DNA of 64,000 nucleotides from contig JANYES010000004.1 in the NCBI GenBank assembly GCA_025362975.1, positions 78,390 through 142,389 on the forward strand, given 5' to 3'. The position numbers and the translations under genes are program-made. This stretch comes from Alphaproteobacteria bacterium. Its GTDB lineage: Bacteria > Pseudomonadota > Alphaproteobacteria > Rickettsiales > SXRF01. The notes beneath the pieces are model-generated. The model saw only the letters and a program-made list of their open reading frames with translations, was not told the DNA's origin and searched no databases. This document shows, piece by piece, positions 37,592-47,391 of the stretch (positions within the stretch are counted from its first letter, which is position 1; each line of letters opens with the position of its first letter).

Positions 37592-37702
37592 CCGTCATCC
37601 CCGCGAAGGCGGGGACCCAATGCGGAGCGCGTCTGCGCGGGAAAAAACCTTATCCTCGCTACCACGAGTAACACTAGACACCCGCCGTCGCGGGCACAAC
37701 GG
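37592..37702. repeat. TIR-bounded palindromic element, copy 5, inserted between def and fmt
   Basis: CCGTCATCCCCGCGAAGGCGGGGACCCAATGCGGAGCGCGTCTGCGCGGGAAAA...CCCGCCGTCGCGGGCACAACGG. It starts 7 nt after the def stop and ends 9 nt before the fmt ATG. Confidence 0.7.
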
Positions 37703-37711
37703 CACACCCTG

Positions 37712-38623
37712 ATGCGCCTCGTTTTCATGGGAACCCCGGCTTTCGCCGTGCCGACGCTCAAAGCCCTGCATGAAGCCAGACACGACATCGCGTGCGTCTA
37801 CTCCCAACCCCCACGCCCCGCCGGTCGCGGCCAAAAAGAAACCCTCTCGCCAGTGCACCAATACGCCGCTGAAAACGGTATCCCCGTGTTCACGCCTGTC
37901 AGCCTGAAATCCCCCGAAATCCAAGCCGAATTCGCAGCCCACAACGTCGACATCGCCCTCGTCGCCGCTTATGGTTTACTGCTCCCACAACCCATCCTCG
38001 ACGCCTACAAACTCGGCTGCATTAACATCCACCCATCCTTACTCCCAAGATGGCGCGGCGCCGCCCCCCTGCAACGCACCGTCATGGCTGGCGACAAAGA
38101 AACCGGCATCTGCATCATGCAAATGGATATTGGCCTCGACACCGGCGACATATTGCTGCAAAAAAACTTCTCCGTGCCGCGCGATTTCGACACCGGAATC
38201 CTCCACGATAAATGCGCCGCCGAAGCCGCGCCGATGGTTCTGCAAATCCTCGACCAATTCACCTCCGCCACCGTCACCCGCACGAAGCAATCCGAACACG
38301 GCGTCGCCTATGCCAAAAAAATTACCAAAGAAGAATGCAAGATCGCATGGGACCTCACCGCCGAAGCCATCGACGACCATATCCGCGGCCTATCCCCCGC
38401 TCCCGGCGCCTATTTCCTCTTCAACGATGAACCCATCAAAATCTTCAAAAGCCGTGTTGCCGCTGGCGTCGGCGTTCCCGGCACCGTTCTCGACAGCACC
38501 CTTGCAATTGCCTGTGGCGACGGCATTTTAATCCCGCTCGAAGTCCAGCGTCCCGGCAAAAAACGCATGCAAACAGCCGAGCTTTTAAACGCTTATCCCA
38601 TCCCCGCCGGTACGAAGCTCTGA
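37712..38623 (+). CDS. fmt: Methionyl-tRNA formyltransferase
   Basis: MRLVFMGTPAFAVPTL..., the HPSLLPRWRGAAP motif and the C-terminal Fmt domain. Confidence 0.9.
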   Translation: MRLVFMGTPAFAVPTLKALHEARHDIACVYSQPPRPAGRGQKETLSPVHQYAAENGIPVFTPVSLKSPEIQAEFAAHNVDIALVAAYGLLLPQPILDAYKLGCINIHPSLLPRWRGAAPLQRTVMAGDKETGICIMQMDIGLDTGDILLQKNFSVPRDFDTGILHDKCAAEAAPMVLQILDQFTSATVTRTKQSEHGVAYAKKITKEECKIAWDLTAEAIDDHIRGLSPAPGAYFLFNDEPIKIFKSRVAAGVGVPGTVLDSTLAIACGDGILIPLEVQRPGKKRMQTAELLNAYPIPAGTKL

Positions 38624-38624
38624 C

Positions 38625-39404
38625 ATGCCCATCTACAAACTCACCATCGAATACGACGGCACCCATTATTTCGGCTGGCAGCGTCAGCTCGAACAGCGCA
38701 GCGTTCAGGGCGAACTGATTCAAGCCGTCAAAAAATTCACCGGCGTCGATGTCGATGTCGTCGGCGCAGGCCGCACAGATTCCGGTGTGCACGCCACCGC
38801 GCAGGTCGCCCATGTCAATTTGCCCCGGGAATACGACGATTTCAAAGTGATGCAGGGTATCAACTACTACCTTTTCAATAAGGTCAACGACGCTGGCGAA
38901 TCCGAAAACAATGTCGCCAACCGCATCGCCGTGCTGAAAGCCGAGCGCGTCGCCGACGATTTTTCCGCCCGCTTCTCCGCTAAAAAACGCCATTACCTCT
39001 ACCGCATCATCAACCGCCGCGCGCGCCTCGGCGTCGAAGCGGGCCGCGCATGGCACGTCATCGACCAGCTCGACGACAAGCTGATGCACAAAGCCGCCCA
39101 AACCGCGCTCGTCGGTCATTACGATTTCAACTCGTTCCGCGACACCAATTGCCAGTCGAAATCCTCCATTAAAACACTGGAGCAGCTAGACGTCCGCCGC
39201 GTCGGCGAAGAAGTCCGCCTGTTCGTCTCCGGCCGCTCATTCCTGCACCATCAGGTGCGCATCATGGCCGGTTCGCTGGCCCTCGTCGGCAAAGGCCGCT
39301 GGACCATCGACGACCTCGTCAAAGCCCGCGAAGCCTGCGACCGCTCAAGCGGCGGGCCGACAGCGCCACCGGATGGGTTATATCTGGTTGGGGTGGATTA
39401 TTAA
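38625..39404 (+). CDS. truA: tRNA pseudouridine(38-40) synthase
   Basis: YDGT.Y.GWQRQ and GAGRTDSGVHA (catalytic Asp) motifs. Confidence 0.9.
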   Translation: MPIYKLTIEYDGTHYFGWQRQLEQRSVQGELIQAVKKFTGVDVDVVGAGRTDSGVHATAQVAHVNLPREYDDFKVMQGINYYLFNKVNDAGESENNVANRIAVLKAERVADDFSARFSAKKRHYLYRIINRRARLGVEAGRAWHVIDQLDDKLMHKAAQTALVGHYDFNSFRDTNCQSKSSIKTLEQLDVRRVGEEVRLFVSGRSFLHHQVRIMAGSLALVGKGRWTIDDLVKAREACDRSSGGPTAPPDGLYLVGVDY

Positions 39405-39407
39405 CCA

Positions 39408-39517
39408 ACGTCATTCTCGCGAAGACGGGAATCCAATCCGTAGCTGCGGAAGCAGCGTAAATGTTTTTCCTCGCTACCGCGAGGTGTATTGGATTCCCGC
39501 CTTCGCTGGAATGACGG
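39408..39517. repeat. TIR-bounded palindromic element, copy 6
   Basis: ACGTCATTCTCGCGAAGACGGGAATCCAATCCG...TATTGGATTCCCGCCTTCGCTGGAATGACGG. It fills the space between convergent truA and dapD stops. Confidence 0.8.
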
Positions 39518-39522
39518 CTATT

Positions 39523-40317
39523 TTAAGCCCGCAGCAAATCGTTGATGCTCGTCTTCGAACGCGTCTTCTCATCCACGCGCTTTACAATCACCGCGCATGC
39601 CAGCGCCGGCGCATCCGGCTTACCCGGCAGCGTACCTGGAACCACAACAGAATATGGCGGAATTTTACCATATGTTACTTCACCGCTCTCACGGTCAACG
39701 ATCTTCGTAGAAGCGCCCAAAAACACGCCCATCGAAATCACCGAACCTTCCCCCACGATCACGCCTTCGGCCACTTCGCTGCGCGCGCCGATAAAGCAAT
39801 TGTCTTCGATAATAACAGGATTCGCCTGCAACGGCTCCAGCACGCCACCAATGCCGGTGCCGCCGGAAATATGGCAATGCTTGCCGATCTGCGCGCAAGA
39901 ACCCACCGTCGCCCACGTATCCACCATCGTGCCTTCGCCGACATAGGCGCCCACATTCACGAAGCTCGGCATCAGTACCACATCCTTACCGATAAACGCC
40001 GATTTGCGTACCACAGCGCCCGCAACGGCGCGGAACCCCGCCTGCTGGAACTGCGCCTTATCCCACGCGGCAAATTTCAACGGCACCTTGTCATACGCGC
40101 CATCCATCACCTGATTATCGTTCAGGCGGAACGACAGCAGCACAGCTTTCTTCACCCACTGATTCACAATCCATTCCGCGCCTTGCTTTTCAGCAACGCG
40201 CAAACTCCCGCTATCCAGTTTCATCAGCGTATCTTCCACCGCGTCGCGCACTTCGCCAGTGGTAGTGATGCTAAGTGCAGTACGGTTTTCCCACGCGGTT
40301 TCGATAATCTTCTGCAT
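39523..40317 (-). CDS. dapD: 2,3,4,5-tetrahydropyridine-2,6-dicarboxylate N-succinyltransferase
   Basis: Hexapeptide-repeat LbH core with a DapD-type N-terminal domain (IIETAWENR...). Confidence 0.88.
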   Translation of the reverse strand: MQKIIETAWENRTALSITTTGEVRDAVEDTLMKLDSGSLRVAEKQGAEWIVNQWVKKAVLLSFRLNDNQVMDGAYDKVPLKFAAWDKAQFQQAGFRAVAGAVVRKSAFIGKDVVLMPSFVNVGAYVGEGTMVDTWATVGSCAQIGKHCHISGGTGIGGVLEPLQANPVIIEDNCFIGARSEVAEGVIVGEGSVISMGVFLGASTKIVDRESGEVTYGKIPPYSVVVPGTLPGKPDAPALACAVIVKRVDEKTRSKTSINDLLRA

Positions 40318-40318
40318 A

Positions 40319-41587
40319 TTATTCTCCGTTTAAAGCAAGCACCTTACCCGCAAGGTAAAGCGACCCGCATATCATGACTATACAGGGTGTTTTGGCAGAC
40401 CCCGCAATGGTTTGCAACGCATTTTGGACGCTCTGTGCCGTATTGGCCTCAATCCCGGCGGCTTTGGCGTGCCCTGCCAATTCAGCCGCGCTCTGACTGG
40501 TCTCTTCGCCCTCAACGACAATGGTGTGCAGCGACGCGATATTCGGTGCCAGCACTTTGAAAAACGCCTTACTTTCCTTCCCCTGAATCATCCCACACAC
40601 CAGATGCACTTTCTCGCCACGCTTTTCCAGCCACCGGCCAAGAATCTCGCCCCCTTGCGGATTATGCCCCCCATCCAGCCACAGCTCCATACCCTTGGGG
40701 AGTATCTTCACCAGCCTGCCGGTGATGAGATGCTGCAACCGCGCGGGCCATACCGTATTGGCAAGTCCCGCCTGAATCTGTTGCGGTGTAATATTGAATT
40801 GCGGCAAGGTCTCGATGCATGCCACAGCAGTTGCTGCATTATCCACCTGATGGTCGCCCGCCAGCGACGGATTAAGCGGCAGCGTCAAAGTTTTCGAAAC
40901 ATAGGATGCCTCCACCACGTCCCAATCCTCATGGAAACACCGAAGAGGCGCATGTAACGAATGTGCTTTTGCCTTGATGACATGCAGCACATCCTTCGTC
41001 TGCCTGCCGACTACGCATGGCACGCCGGGTTTTAAAATTCCGGCCTTTTCGCCCGCGATCTGAACCACCGTATCGCCAAGAAACTGCGCGTGGTCGCGCG
41101 AGATCGGCGTAACGGCCGTCAACACCGGTTTTTCAACGACGTTCGTAGCGTCCAGCCTTCCGCCCATGCCGGTTTCCAGCAGCAGAACATCGGCGGGCAT
41201 TTCGGCAAACGCAAGAAACGCCGCCGCCGTCGTCGATTCAAAAAACGTCACCGGCTGCTGATCGACAAACCCGGCAACGCGCTCCAGCAACGCCGTTAAA
41301 TACGCGTCGTCAATCGGCTTGCCCGCAAGCTGGATGCGCTCGTTAAAACGCATCAGATGCGGCGACACATATCGGTGCACCCTATATCCCGCCGCCTCAA
41401 AAATCGCATTCAGATACGCCAGCAGCGAGCCTTTGCCGTTCGTACCCGCCACATGGATAACCGGCGGCAGGCGCTTCTGCGGGGAGCCAAGCAGCTCCAG
41501 AAACTGCACTGCGCGTTCAAGACCGAGATCGATGGTAGCTAAATTCTGGTGATGCATGCGCGCCAGCAACTCGTCGAGCTTGTTCAT
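40319..41587 (-). CDS. folC: Bifunctional folylpolyglutamate synthase / dihydrofolate synthase
   Basis: Mur-ligase P-loop [10 protein letters not shown] and overall FolC layout. Confidence 0.88.
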   Translation of the reverse strand: MNKLDELLARMHHQNLATIDLGLERAVQFLELLGSPQKRLPPVIHVAGTNGKGSLLAYLNAIFEAAGYRVHRYVSPHLMRFNERIQLAGKPIDDAYLTALLERVAGFVDQQPVTFFESTTAAAFLAFAEMPADVLLLETGMGGRLDATNVVEKPVLTAVTPISRDHAQFLGDTVVQIAGEKAGILKPGVPCVVGRQTKDVLHVIKAKAHSLHAPLRCFHEDWDVVEASYVSKTLTLPLNPSLAGDHQVDNAATAVACIETLPQFNITPQQIQAGLANTVWPARLQHLITGRLVKILPKGMELWLDGGHNPQGGEILGRWLEKRGEKVHLVCGMIQGKESKAFFKVLAPNIASLHTIVVEGEETSQSAAELAGHAKAAGIEANTAQSVQNALQTIAGSAKTPCIVMICGSLYLAGKVLALNGE

Positions 41588-42336
41588 ACCAGCCCCTTAT
41601 GCGCCGCGACATCATGCACGCGCAGATATTCCACATTTTTACCAATCAGCCAGCGTGATACTTCCAGCGTCGCCTTATCCTTATCGCTATCGACCTGCGC
41701 CAGAAACGATTTGCGCGAATGCCCGATAAATAGCGGCAGCCCCGCTTCGCGTAAACGCTCGACCCCTTGCACAATCGCCATCGATTGCGCTAGCGTTTTG
41801 CCAAAACCTAAGCCGGGGTCAAATATAACACGCTCTTTAGCGATGCCCGCTTCGGTAAACATGGCTAGTTTTTCGCGCGCGAATTCGATCAACACCTGCA
41901 ACACATCCGCCGATTCCGGCAGCACCACGTTCTTATCCGCCGGGACGCTCAGCGAATGCATCAGCACCAGCTTGCAATCGGCATATTTCACCGTATTGAC
42001 CATCGCCGCGTCAAACCCCGACACGTCATTAATCCAGCCGATACCCGCACCGGGTACCATCAACGCGCGGCGCGCATTGGCGGCGTGGCGCGTGTCCAAG
42101 CTGTACATCGGGCCTTCCGGCAACGCTTCTAACAGCACGTCCAGCCGCGCCCATTCTTCGTTTGGTGTAAGCACTGCCGCTCCCGGGCGCGTCGATTCGG
42201 CGCCGATATCGATAATGTCAGCGCCTTGCGCAATCAGAGTGTGAATACCTGCGATGGCGTCATCTTTGCTGAAATGCCTGCCGCCGTCGGAGAAGGAATC
42301 GGGTGTGACATTCAAGATGCCGACCAGCTTAGTCAT
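41584..42336 (-). CDS. folP: Dihydropteroate synthase
   Basis: Start MTKLVGILNVTPDSFSDGG (canonical DHPS N-terminus). Its ATG is embedded in the folK stop region (AATGACTAA). Confidence 0.9.
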   Translation of the reverse strand: MTKLVGILNVTPDSFSDGGRHFSKDDAIAGIHTLIAQGADIIDIGAESTRPGAAVLTPNEEWARLDVLLEALPEGPMYSLDTRHAANARRALMVPGAGIGWINDVSGFDAAMVNTVKYADCKLVLMHSLSVPADKNVVLPESADVLQVLIEFAREKLAMFTEAGIAKERVIFDPGLGFGKTLAQSMAIVQGVERLREAGLPLFIGHSRKSFLAQVDSDKDKATLEVSRWLIGKNVEYLRVHDVAAHKGLV

Positions 42337-42850
42337 TAATGACGCATCCCGTGTCGTGCAATTGCTTGCCAAGCATGTAGCCCTTGGCGCGGATAATATC
42401 CGCAGGGGTTTTGCCGAGAAATTCCCCCGCCACCGGATAATGCCATTTCGGCGCCACGTCCATCAGCGGAAAGATCGCGAAGTCGCGGTTCAGCAGTTCC
42501 TTATGCGGCACGTTCAGCTCGTCGCTTTCCAGCACCACCGCATCAATTGCCAGAATATCCATATCGATTTCGCGCGGTCCCCAGAAGCCGCGCTTCTGCC
42601 GGCCCAGCGCGGTTTCGATCTGTTTCAGCTTTTCTAACAGCGCCAGCGGCTCCAACTCGCACCTTGCGCTCACTGCCATATTCAAAAACGGCATGTTCAT
42701 CTCGGGCGTTGCATCCGCGGGGAGCAAGGCGGCGGATTCGAAGATTCGCGAACAGCGGATATCGCGCGTAAATTCGCCAAGCTCCCGCACCGCACCCATC
42801 AAATACGCCATGCGGTCTCCAATATTGCTACCCAGCCCAAGAATAATCAC
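42329..42850 (-). CDS. folK: 2-amino-4-hydroxy-6-hydroxymethyldihydropteridine diphosphokinase
   Basis: MIILGLGSNIGDR..., RWGPR-like FWGPREIDMDIL and VPH motifs of HPPK. Confidence 0.88.
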   Translation of the reverse strand: MIILGLGSNIGDRMAYLMGAVRELGEFTRDIRCSRIFESAALLPADATPEMNMPFLNMAVSARCELEPLALLEKLKQIETALGRQKRGFWGPREIDMDILAIDAVVLESDELNVPHKELLNRDFAIFPLMDVAPKWHYPVAGEFLGKTPADIIRAKGYMLGKQLHDTGCVIND

Positions 42851-42928
42851 ATAAATTCCAATAAATTATAGCAAACTTATACAAAGGGTGCTTATTTTAA
42901 CTCTCACCATGTAAGGGTACAAGGGGAT

Positions 42929-43768
42929 ATGTCATATTGTAACTTAAATGGCCAACTTATTGATGTTGAAAACGCCACAATTTCCGTGCAGGACCGGGGT
43001 TTCCGCTTCGGAGACGGCATTTTTGAGACGATAGGGGTCAACAACGGTGTGCCCTATCAGTTCGAATGGCATCTGCAACGCTTAATCGGCGGGCTTGCCG
43101 CGCTCAAAATTTCCTTCGATACCACGGTTTTACCACCTTATTGTCGCGAAATCCTGCATAAAAACGCGGTTCGGGGCGGCTTCCTGCGACTCCAAATCAC
43201 CCGTGGCAACGGTTCCAAAGGCTACCTGCCCACCGGTAACACCCCCACCATGCTCATCGAAACCATGAACCCCGCCAGCTTCGAAGCGCCGGTGACGCTT
43301 TGGGAAAGCAGCTATACCAAGCCGTCGTCGCAATCCATGCCGCTGCAATACAAGCTCTGTCAGGGCGTCAACTCGACGCTTGCGCGCATGGAAGCCATTG
43401 AGCACGGCTGTTTCGATGCGCTGCTGCTTAACGATAAAGGCGAAGTCTGCGAAACCAGCTCCGGCAATGTGTTCTGGGCCAAGGGTGGTAACATCTTCAC
43501 CCCCTCGCTCGCCTGCGGCATTCTCGAAGGCTCAACGCGCGCGGCACTGCTGCGGCTGCTTCCCGACATCCGCGAAATCGAAGCAAGTGCCGATATCCTG
43601 CATCAGTCCGACGAAGTGTGCATCACTAACGTGGCGTGGAAAGCCTTGCCGGTGGCGTCGCTCGGCGCAACCAAATGGCTCAGCGGCGCGCTGGCCGCGC
43701 AGTGCGCGCAGATTCTGGAGCGAGACCGCATGCGATACAGCAACTCCAACCACGCCCAGTGGAAATAA
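42929..43768 (+). CDS. pabC: Aminodeoxychorismate lyase (class IV aminotransferase fold)
   Basis: Fold-type IV pattern (DRGFRFGDGIFET, ETSSGNVF), in context with pabB and the fol genes. Confidence 0.7.
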   Translation: MSYCNLNGQLIDVENATISVQDRGFRFGDGIFETIGVNNGVPYQFEWHLQRLIGGLAALKISFDTTVLPPYCREILHKNAVRGGFLRLQITRGNGSKGYLPTGNTPTMLIETMNPASFEAPVTLWESSYTKPSSQSMPLQYKLCQGVNSTLARMEAIEHGCFDALLLNDKGEVCETSSGNVFWAKGGNIFTPSLACGILEGSTRAALLRLLPDIREIEASADILHQSDEVCITNVAWKALPVASLGATKWLSGALAAQCAQILERDRMRYSNSNHAQWK

Positions 43769-43836
43769 AAACAAGCGCTTGAGCGAACGCGGCTTACGCA
43801 TTAAAACTACTTTGAAAATAAAAAAGAGGTAGTGCC

Positions 43837-45498
43837 ATGCGTAATATGTTTGCGATCATCATCGGCGTGTTCATCGCGGTCTGCATCGGTGGTTACGGCA
43901 TCACATGGTACAGCCAGGCCGCCAGCACCAAGCGCGCCATCGAAGCCGCCATCGCCAAGATCAATCAGAAACAAACCTACATCACTTACGAATCCATCGA
44001 GTACAGCGGTTTTCCGAACAACGTCAACGTGTCGATCGTCAAGCCGCATTTCAAAGGCCGCGCCGACCAGATCATGCTGGCCGCCAACGCCATCACCAAC
44101 CCCAACGCAGCGCCCAAAGCGATGGAACCGTGGGATGAAGACATCCTGCTTGACGGCAAAATCACCGTCGGCATCAATGCGCTTTCCGATCATTACACCA
44201 TTGCCGTTTCCGGTAGCTGGAGCGACAATGCCACCATCAGCGGCGTGAATTACGCCAGCATCCATGAACAGGTCAGCGATTTCAACTGCACGCTGCACAT
44301 GGCCCGCGAAACCAGCATTTTCGATACGCTGTGGAACTTCGGCTCGCTCCAGCGAGACGGCAAAGCCATGCTGCATGATTTCCGGATGCTCGACTGCAAC
44401 ACCGCCGGGCAGAAAACCATCGACACCGCCACAAAAGAACCGCTCACTATCGTCGGCCCGATCCGTATTTACACCGTCAACACTCCGCAAAACGACGTAA
44501 CCCAGCTGCGCTTCTACACGAAATTTACCGATATGGAAATCAGCAAGGCCGGTGATAAATTCATGGTGGCGTATGTGCATGCGGCATCGCCGGAAACGGC
44601 CACAGCGTTGAATTACTCCGATTACGGCAAGCAAAATCTTGAAATCGATTTTACTTACATGGGACCTTCGGAATTCAAACCCGACACCAAAAACGCCCAG
44701 ATGGAAGTGGCCCTCAACAAATTCGACATGGCCAACAACGTCTACACCCTCCACAATTCATTCCACTATAATAACCTGCCCGCGCCGAACAGCCGCGCCA
44801 GCAATCTGTCGTTCAAAACCGAAAGCACCTTCGGCCCGCAATACAACACCGTTGCGAAGGAAAGCGTGCATAACTTCATTATCAACCTATACACGAACCC
44901 AAGCCCGTACCTGGCCGGGGTGCGCGAAATTGTGCAGAAATACAAGCCGGATGAAGTCTTCGCCGTCGTCACGCCTGCTTTGCCTAATTACACGGCGCTG
45001 GGCAAGCTGGTTCTCGGCGTTGACGGTAATTTCCGCGGCACAGCCGATTTTACCGCCGGGGATTACACGCTCGACGGGCTGGAAATCTCAACTGCGCTGT
45101 ATGGCATCACCGGCAAAGGCGCGCTTAAAATGGCCAGCGGCGCGCCAGCGGGCGGCAATGTGCAACTTAGCTGCGCTAACTGCCTCAGCATGATCGACGA
45201 TCTCGCCGACTTCCACAACCGCGTGCAGCACGTCGTCGCGTATTTCGAACCGAGCAAGGCCGTCCCGACCATCGACCCGGCGCAAACCGGGGCTTTAAAG
45301 CAGTTCCTGAGCATCCTCTCGCTGCCCGCCGCCGAGCCTACGGATAAAACCACGCTGGGCTATGTTATCGTCATGAACGGCCCGAACATCACCATCAACA
45401 ATAAGTCGATGGCGGATGTCACCGCGTTGTTCAATGAATACATCCGTCCTGTCATTCGCCCCGTCGAACCCGCACCGGCGCCCGCTCCCGCCCACTAA
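43837..45498 (+). CDS. Membrane-anchored hypothetical protein (DUF2125-like N-terminal pattern)
   Basis: N-terminal TM segment, then WYSQAASTKRAIEAAIAKINQ...ITYESIEYSGFPNNVNVSIVKP. This pattern is reminiscent of DUF2125 proteins. C-terminal Pro/Ala tail. Confidence 0.5.
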   Translation: MRNMFAIIIGVFIAVCIGGYGITWYSQAASTKRAIEAAIAKINQKQTYITYESIEYSGFPNNVNVSIVKPHFKGRADQIMLAANAITNPNAAPKAMEPWDEDILLDGKITVGINALSDHYTIAVSGSWSDNATISGVNYASIHEQVSDFNCTLHMARETSIFDTLWNFGSLQRDGKAMLHDFRMLDCNTAGQKTIDTATKEPLTIVGPIRIYTVNTPQNDVTQLRFYTKFTDMEISKAGDKFMVAYVHAASPETATALNYSDYGKQNLEIDFTYMGPSEFKPDTKNAQMEVALNKFDMANNVYTLHNSFHYNNLPAPNSRASNLSFKTESTFGPQYNTVAKESVHNFIINLYTNPSPYLAGVREIVQKYKPDEVFAVVTPALPNYTALGKLVLGVDGNFRGTADFTAGDYTLDGLEISTALYGITGKGALKMASGAPAGGNVQLSCANCLSMIDDLADFHNRVQHVVAYFEPSKAVPTIDPAQTGALKQFLSILSLPAAEPTDKTTLGYVIVMNGPNITINNKSMADVTALFNEYIRPVIRPVEPAPAPAPAH

Positions 45499-45710
45499 GA
45501 CGCGGAAGGCTCTACAGTTTTTGGCAAATCGGGCGTTTCACCCGGCGCGAGGGATTTAACGTCAACGGCGTGTTTCTGAAACAAAAACCGTGCCTCGGTC
45601 ATCGCTTTTTCCAGCGTTTCAGCGTCCAGCAGCTTAGGGATGTCCTCCGGGCGACTTTTCCTTGCCCAGCCCAGATACTTCTTTATTCTATTGAAAATAA
45701 CACGAATCAT
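45495..45710 (-). CDS. Possible small hypothetical protein (71 aa)
   Basis: MIRVIFNRIKKYLGWARKSRPEDIPKLLDAE..., with AAGGG 8 nt upstream. It lies only about 21 nt from the divergent pabB start, so it is uncertain. Confidence 0.3.
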   Translation of the reverse strand: MIRVIFNRIKKYLGWARKSRPEDIPKLLDAETLEKAMTEARFLFQKHAVDVKSLAPGETPDLPKTVEPSAS

Positions 45711-45731
45711 ACGGCTACCCTTACTGTATTT

Positions 45732-47021
45732 ATGCCCTCCCCGCAATCTCTCCAATGGATCGAACCGCTTGAATGTGCCGCCGCGCTGGAAGCCGCAGGG
45801 ATTTTCGGCGCCGCGAACTGGATTTTGCTTTATTCCGGCGTGCGTACGTCGTATTCGGGCCGTTACAGCATCCTCGCATTCAACCCGCTGGATACTATAG
45901 AAAGCCATGATTTATCGCTATTCGCCGCAGCTCTCAGCAACGATAAGACTACGTATGAAAACGCATGGTTCGGCTATCTCGGATACGGCCTGAAAGATAG
46001 CTTGGAAACGCTTGAGCACGACAAGCCCGGCGCCTTTACGCTGCCCAACCTCGTGATGACGCGCTACGCCGATATCATCCGCTTTGACCACGATGAAAAA
46101 ACTGTCACCGTCCTAAGCGGCACATGCACCGACATCGCAGCCGCACCTCCCGTGCAGCCTTTGCCCGAAGCAGGCAAAATCACTTCCAACATGAGCAAAA
46201 CCAGCTATCTCGCGAACGTCGCTTCGCTCATCACGCGCATTCATGACGGTGAGTTTTATCAAGCGAATCTCACCCGCAAATTCTACGGTACATTCGCGCG
46301 CGAGCCGCACGCCTTCAGCTTATTCCGCACGCTATGTCGCGTGACTCCCGCCGCATACAGCGCCTTCATCAAAATCGGCGATACTTACGTGCTGTCATCA
46401 AGCCCCGAACAATTCATGAGCATCGACGCCAACGGCACCATGCGCGCCCGCCCCATCAAAGGCACCATGCCGCGCTTCGCCGATCTAAAAGAAGACGAAA
46501 AATCCCGGCAACGCCTTGAAAACAGCGAAAAAGACCGCGCCGAAAACCTGATGATCGTAGATTTAATGCGCAACGATTTTTCGCGCTCCTGCATTCCCGG
46601 CAGCGTCGCCGCCGAAAGCCTGTTTGACATCACCTCGCACGCCACCGTGCATCATTTATCCAGCACCGTCGTGGGCCAGAAAATATCACAGTGCAGCACG
46701 ATAGACGCCATTTCCCATTGCTTCCCGCCGGGTTCCATGACCGGCGCACCTAAAATTCGCGCCATGAATGCCTGCACCCAGCTCGAGCAACTTGAACGTG
46801 GAATTTATAGTGGTGCCATAGGGTGGTTAGGCGGCGACGGTTCGGGCGAGCTATCGGTCGTCATCCGAACCCTTATTTGTAGAAGTTCCAATTTTGAGTT
46901 TCAGGTAGGAGGCGGCATTGTTTCCGATTCAAATCCCGAACTGGAGCGCCTAGAAACCATTGATAAAGCAAAAGGAATTCTTATAGCTCTCGGGATAACT
47001 CAAGCAAATTTACAGCTATAA
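45732..47021 (+). CDS. pabB: Aminodeoxychorismate synthase component I (chorismate-binding enzyme)
   Basis: Chorismate-utilising C-terminal domain (SSSPEQF, RARPIKGT, DRAENLMIVDLMRND, GSMTGAPK, ERGIYSGAIGW). Start placed at MPSPQSLQW. Confidence 0.8.
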   Translation: MPSPQSLQWIEPLECAAALEAAGIFGAANWILLYSGVRTSYSGRYSILAFNPLDTIESHDLSLFAAALSNDKTTYENAWFGYLGYGLKDSLETLEHDKPGAFTLPNLVMTRYADIIRFDHDEKTVTVLSGTCTDIAAAPPVQPLPEAGKITSNMSKTSYLANVASLITRIHDGEFYQANLTRKFYGTFAREPHAFSLFRTLCRVTPAAYSAFIKIGDTYVLSSSPEQFMSIDANGTMRARPIKGTMPRFADLKEDEKSRQRLENSEKDRAENLMIVDLMRNDFSRSCIPGSVAAESLFDITSHATVHHLSSTVVGQKISQCSTIDAISHCFPPGSMTGAPKIRAMNACTQLEQLERGIYSGAIGWLGGDGSGELSVVIRTLICRSSNFEFQVGGGIVSDSNPELERLETIDKAKGILIALGITQANLQL

Positions 47022-47142
47022 AACGTGATTTAGCCATGCATAAAGCGCATAACTAGTCTTACTTTATAGCAATTCAATGCATTTACTTAATGGCTATACT
47101 GGCACCACAACAATACAAAAAAAGTTTGCAAAGTTTGCCGAT

Positions 47143-47310
47143 ATGACCAATACAAAAAAAGCCCTGAACATCGCCGCTCTCATCGGCCTTATGCTCTCGT
47201 TAAGCGCATGCGTGAACACGCAGAGCTCCCCGAGCATGGTTGATTACTCTTATGTTCCGCCGTCGAACGTACTCGCTGCGTCCCCTAATCCGGGCATCGA
47301 CGACTTCTAG
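47143..47310 (+). CDS. Small lipoprotein (55 aa)
   Basis: MTNTKKALNIAALIGLMLSLSAC, a lipobox LSAC. Confidence 0.5.
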   Translation: MTNTKKALNIAALIGLMLSLSACVNTQSSPSMVDYSYVPPSNVLAASPNPGIDDF

Positions 47311-47391
47311 AACTTCGGAATACTGTTTTACAGTAAGCGATGGCTCTGCCTCCCCCCGGCAGGGCCATTTGCTTATTTGGCGCTGATGCGA

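Noticed and set aside
43807-44754. 315-aa minus-strand ORF opposite the 553-aa membrane-anchored protein. ORFs 61695..62609 and 36920..37582 are similar cases.
   Set aside because: G/V/D/H/F-rich composition characteristic of the reverse complement of C-ending codons. The plus-strand frames have protein-like sequence, RBS or recognised motifs.
45571-45583. parS-like palindrome TGTTTC-T-GAAACA.
   Set aside because: It is 13 bp rather than the 16-bp TGTTTCACGTGAAACA and lacks the central CACGTG. It is a single occurrence inside a probable coding or 5' region.
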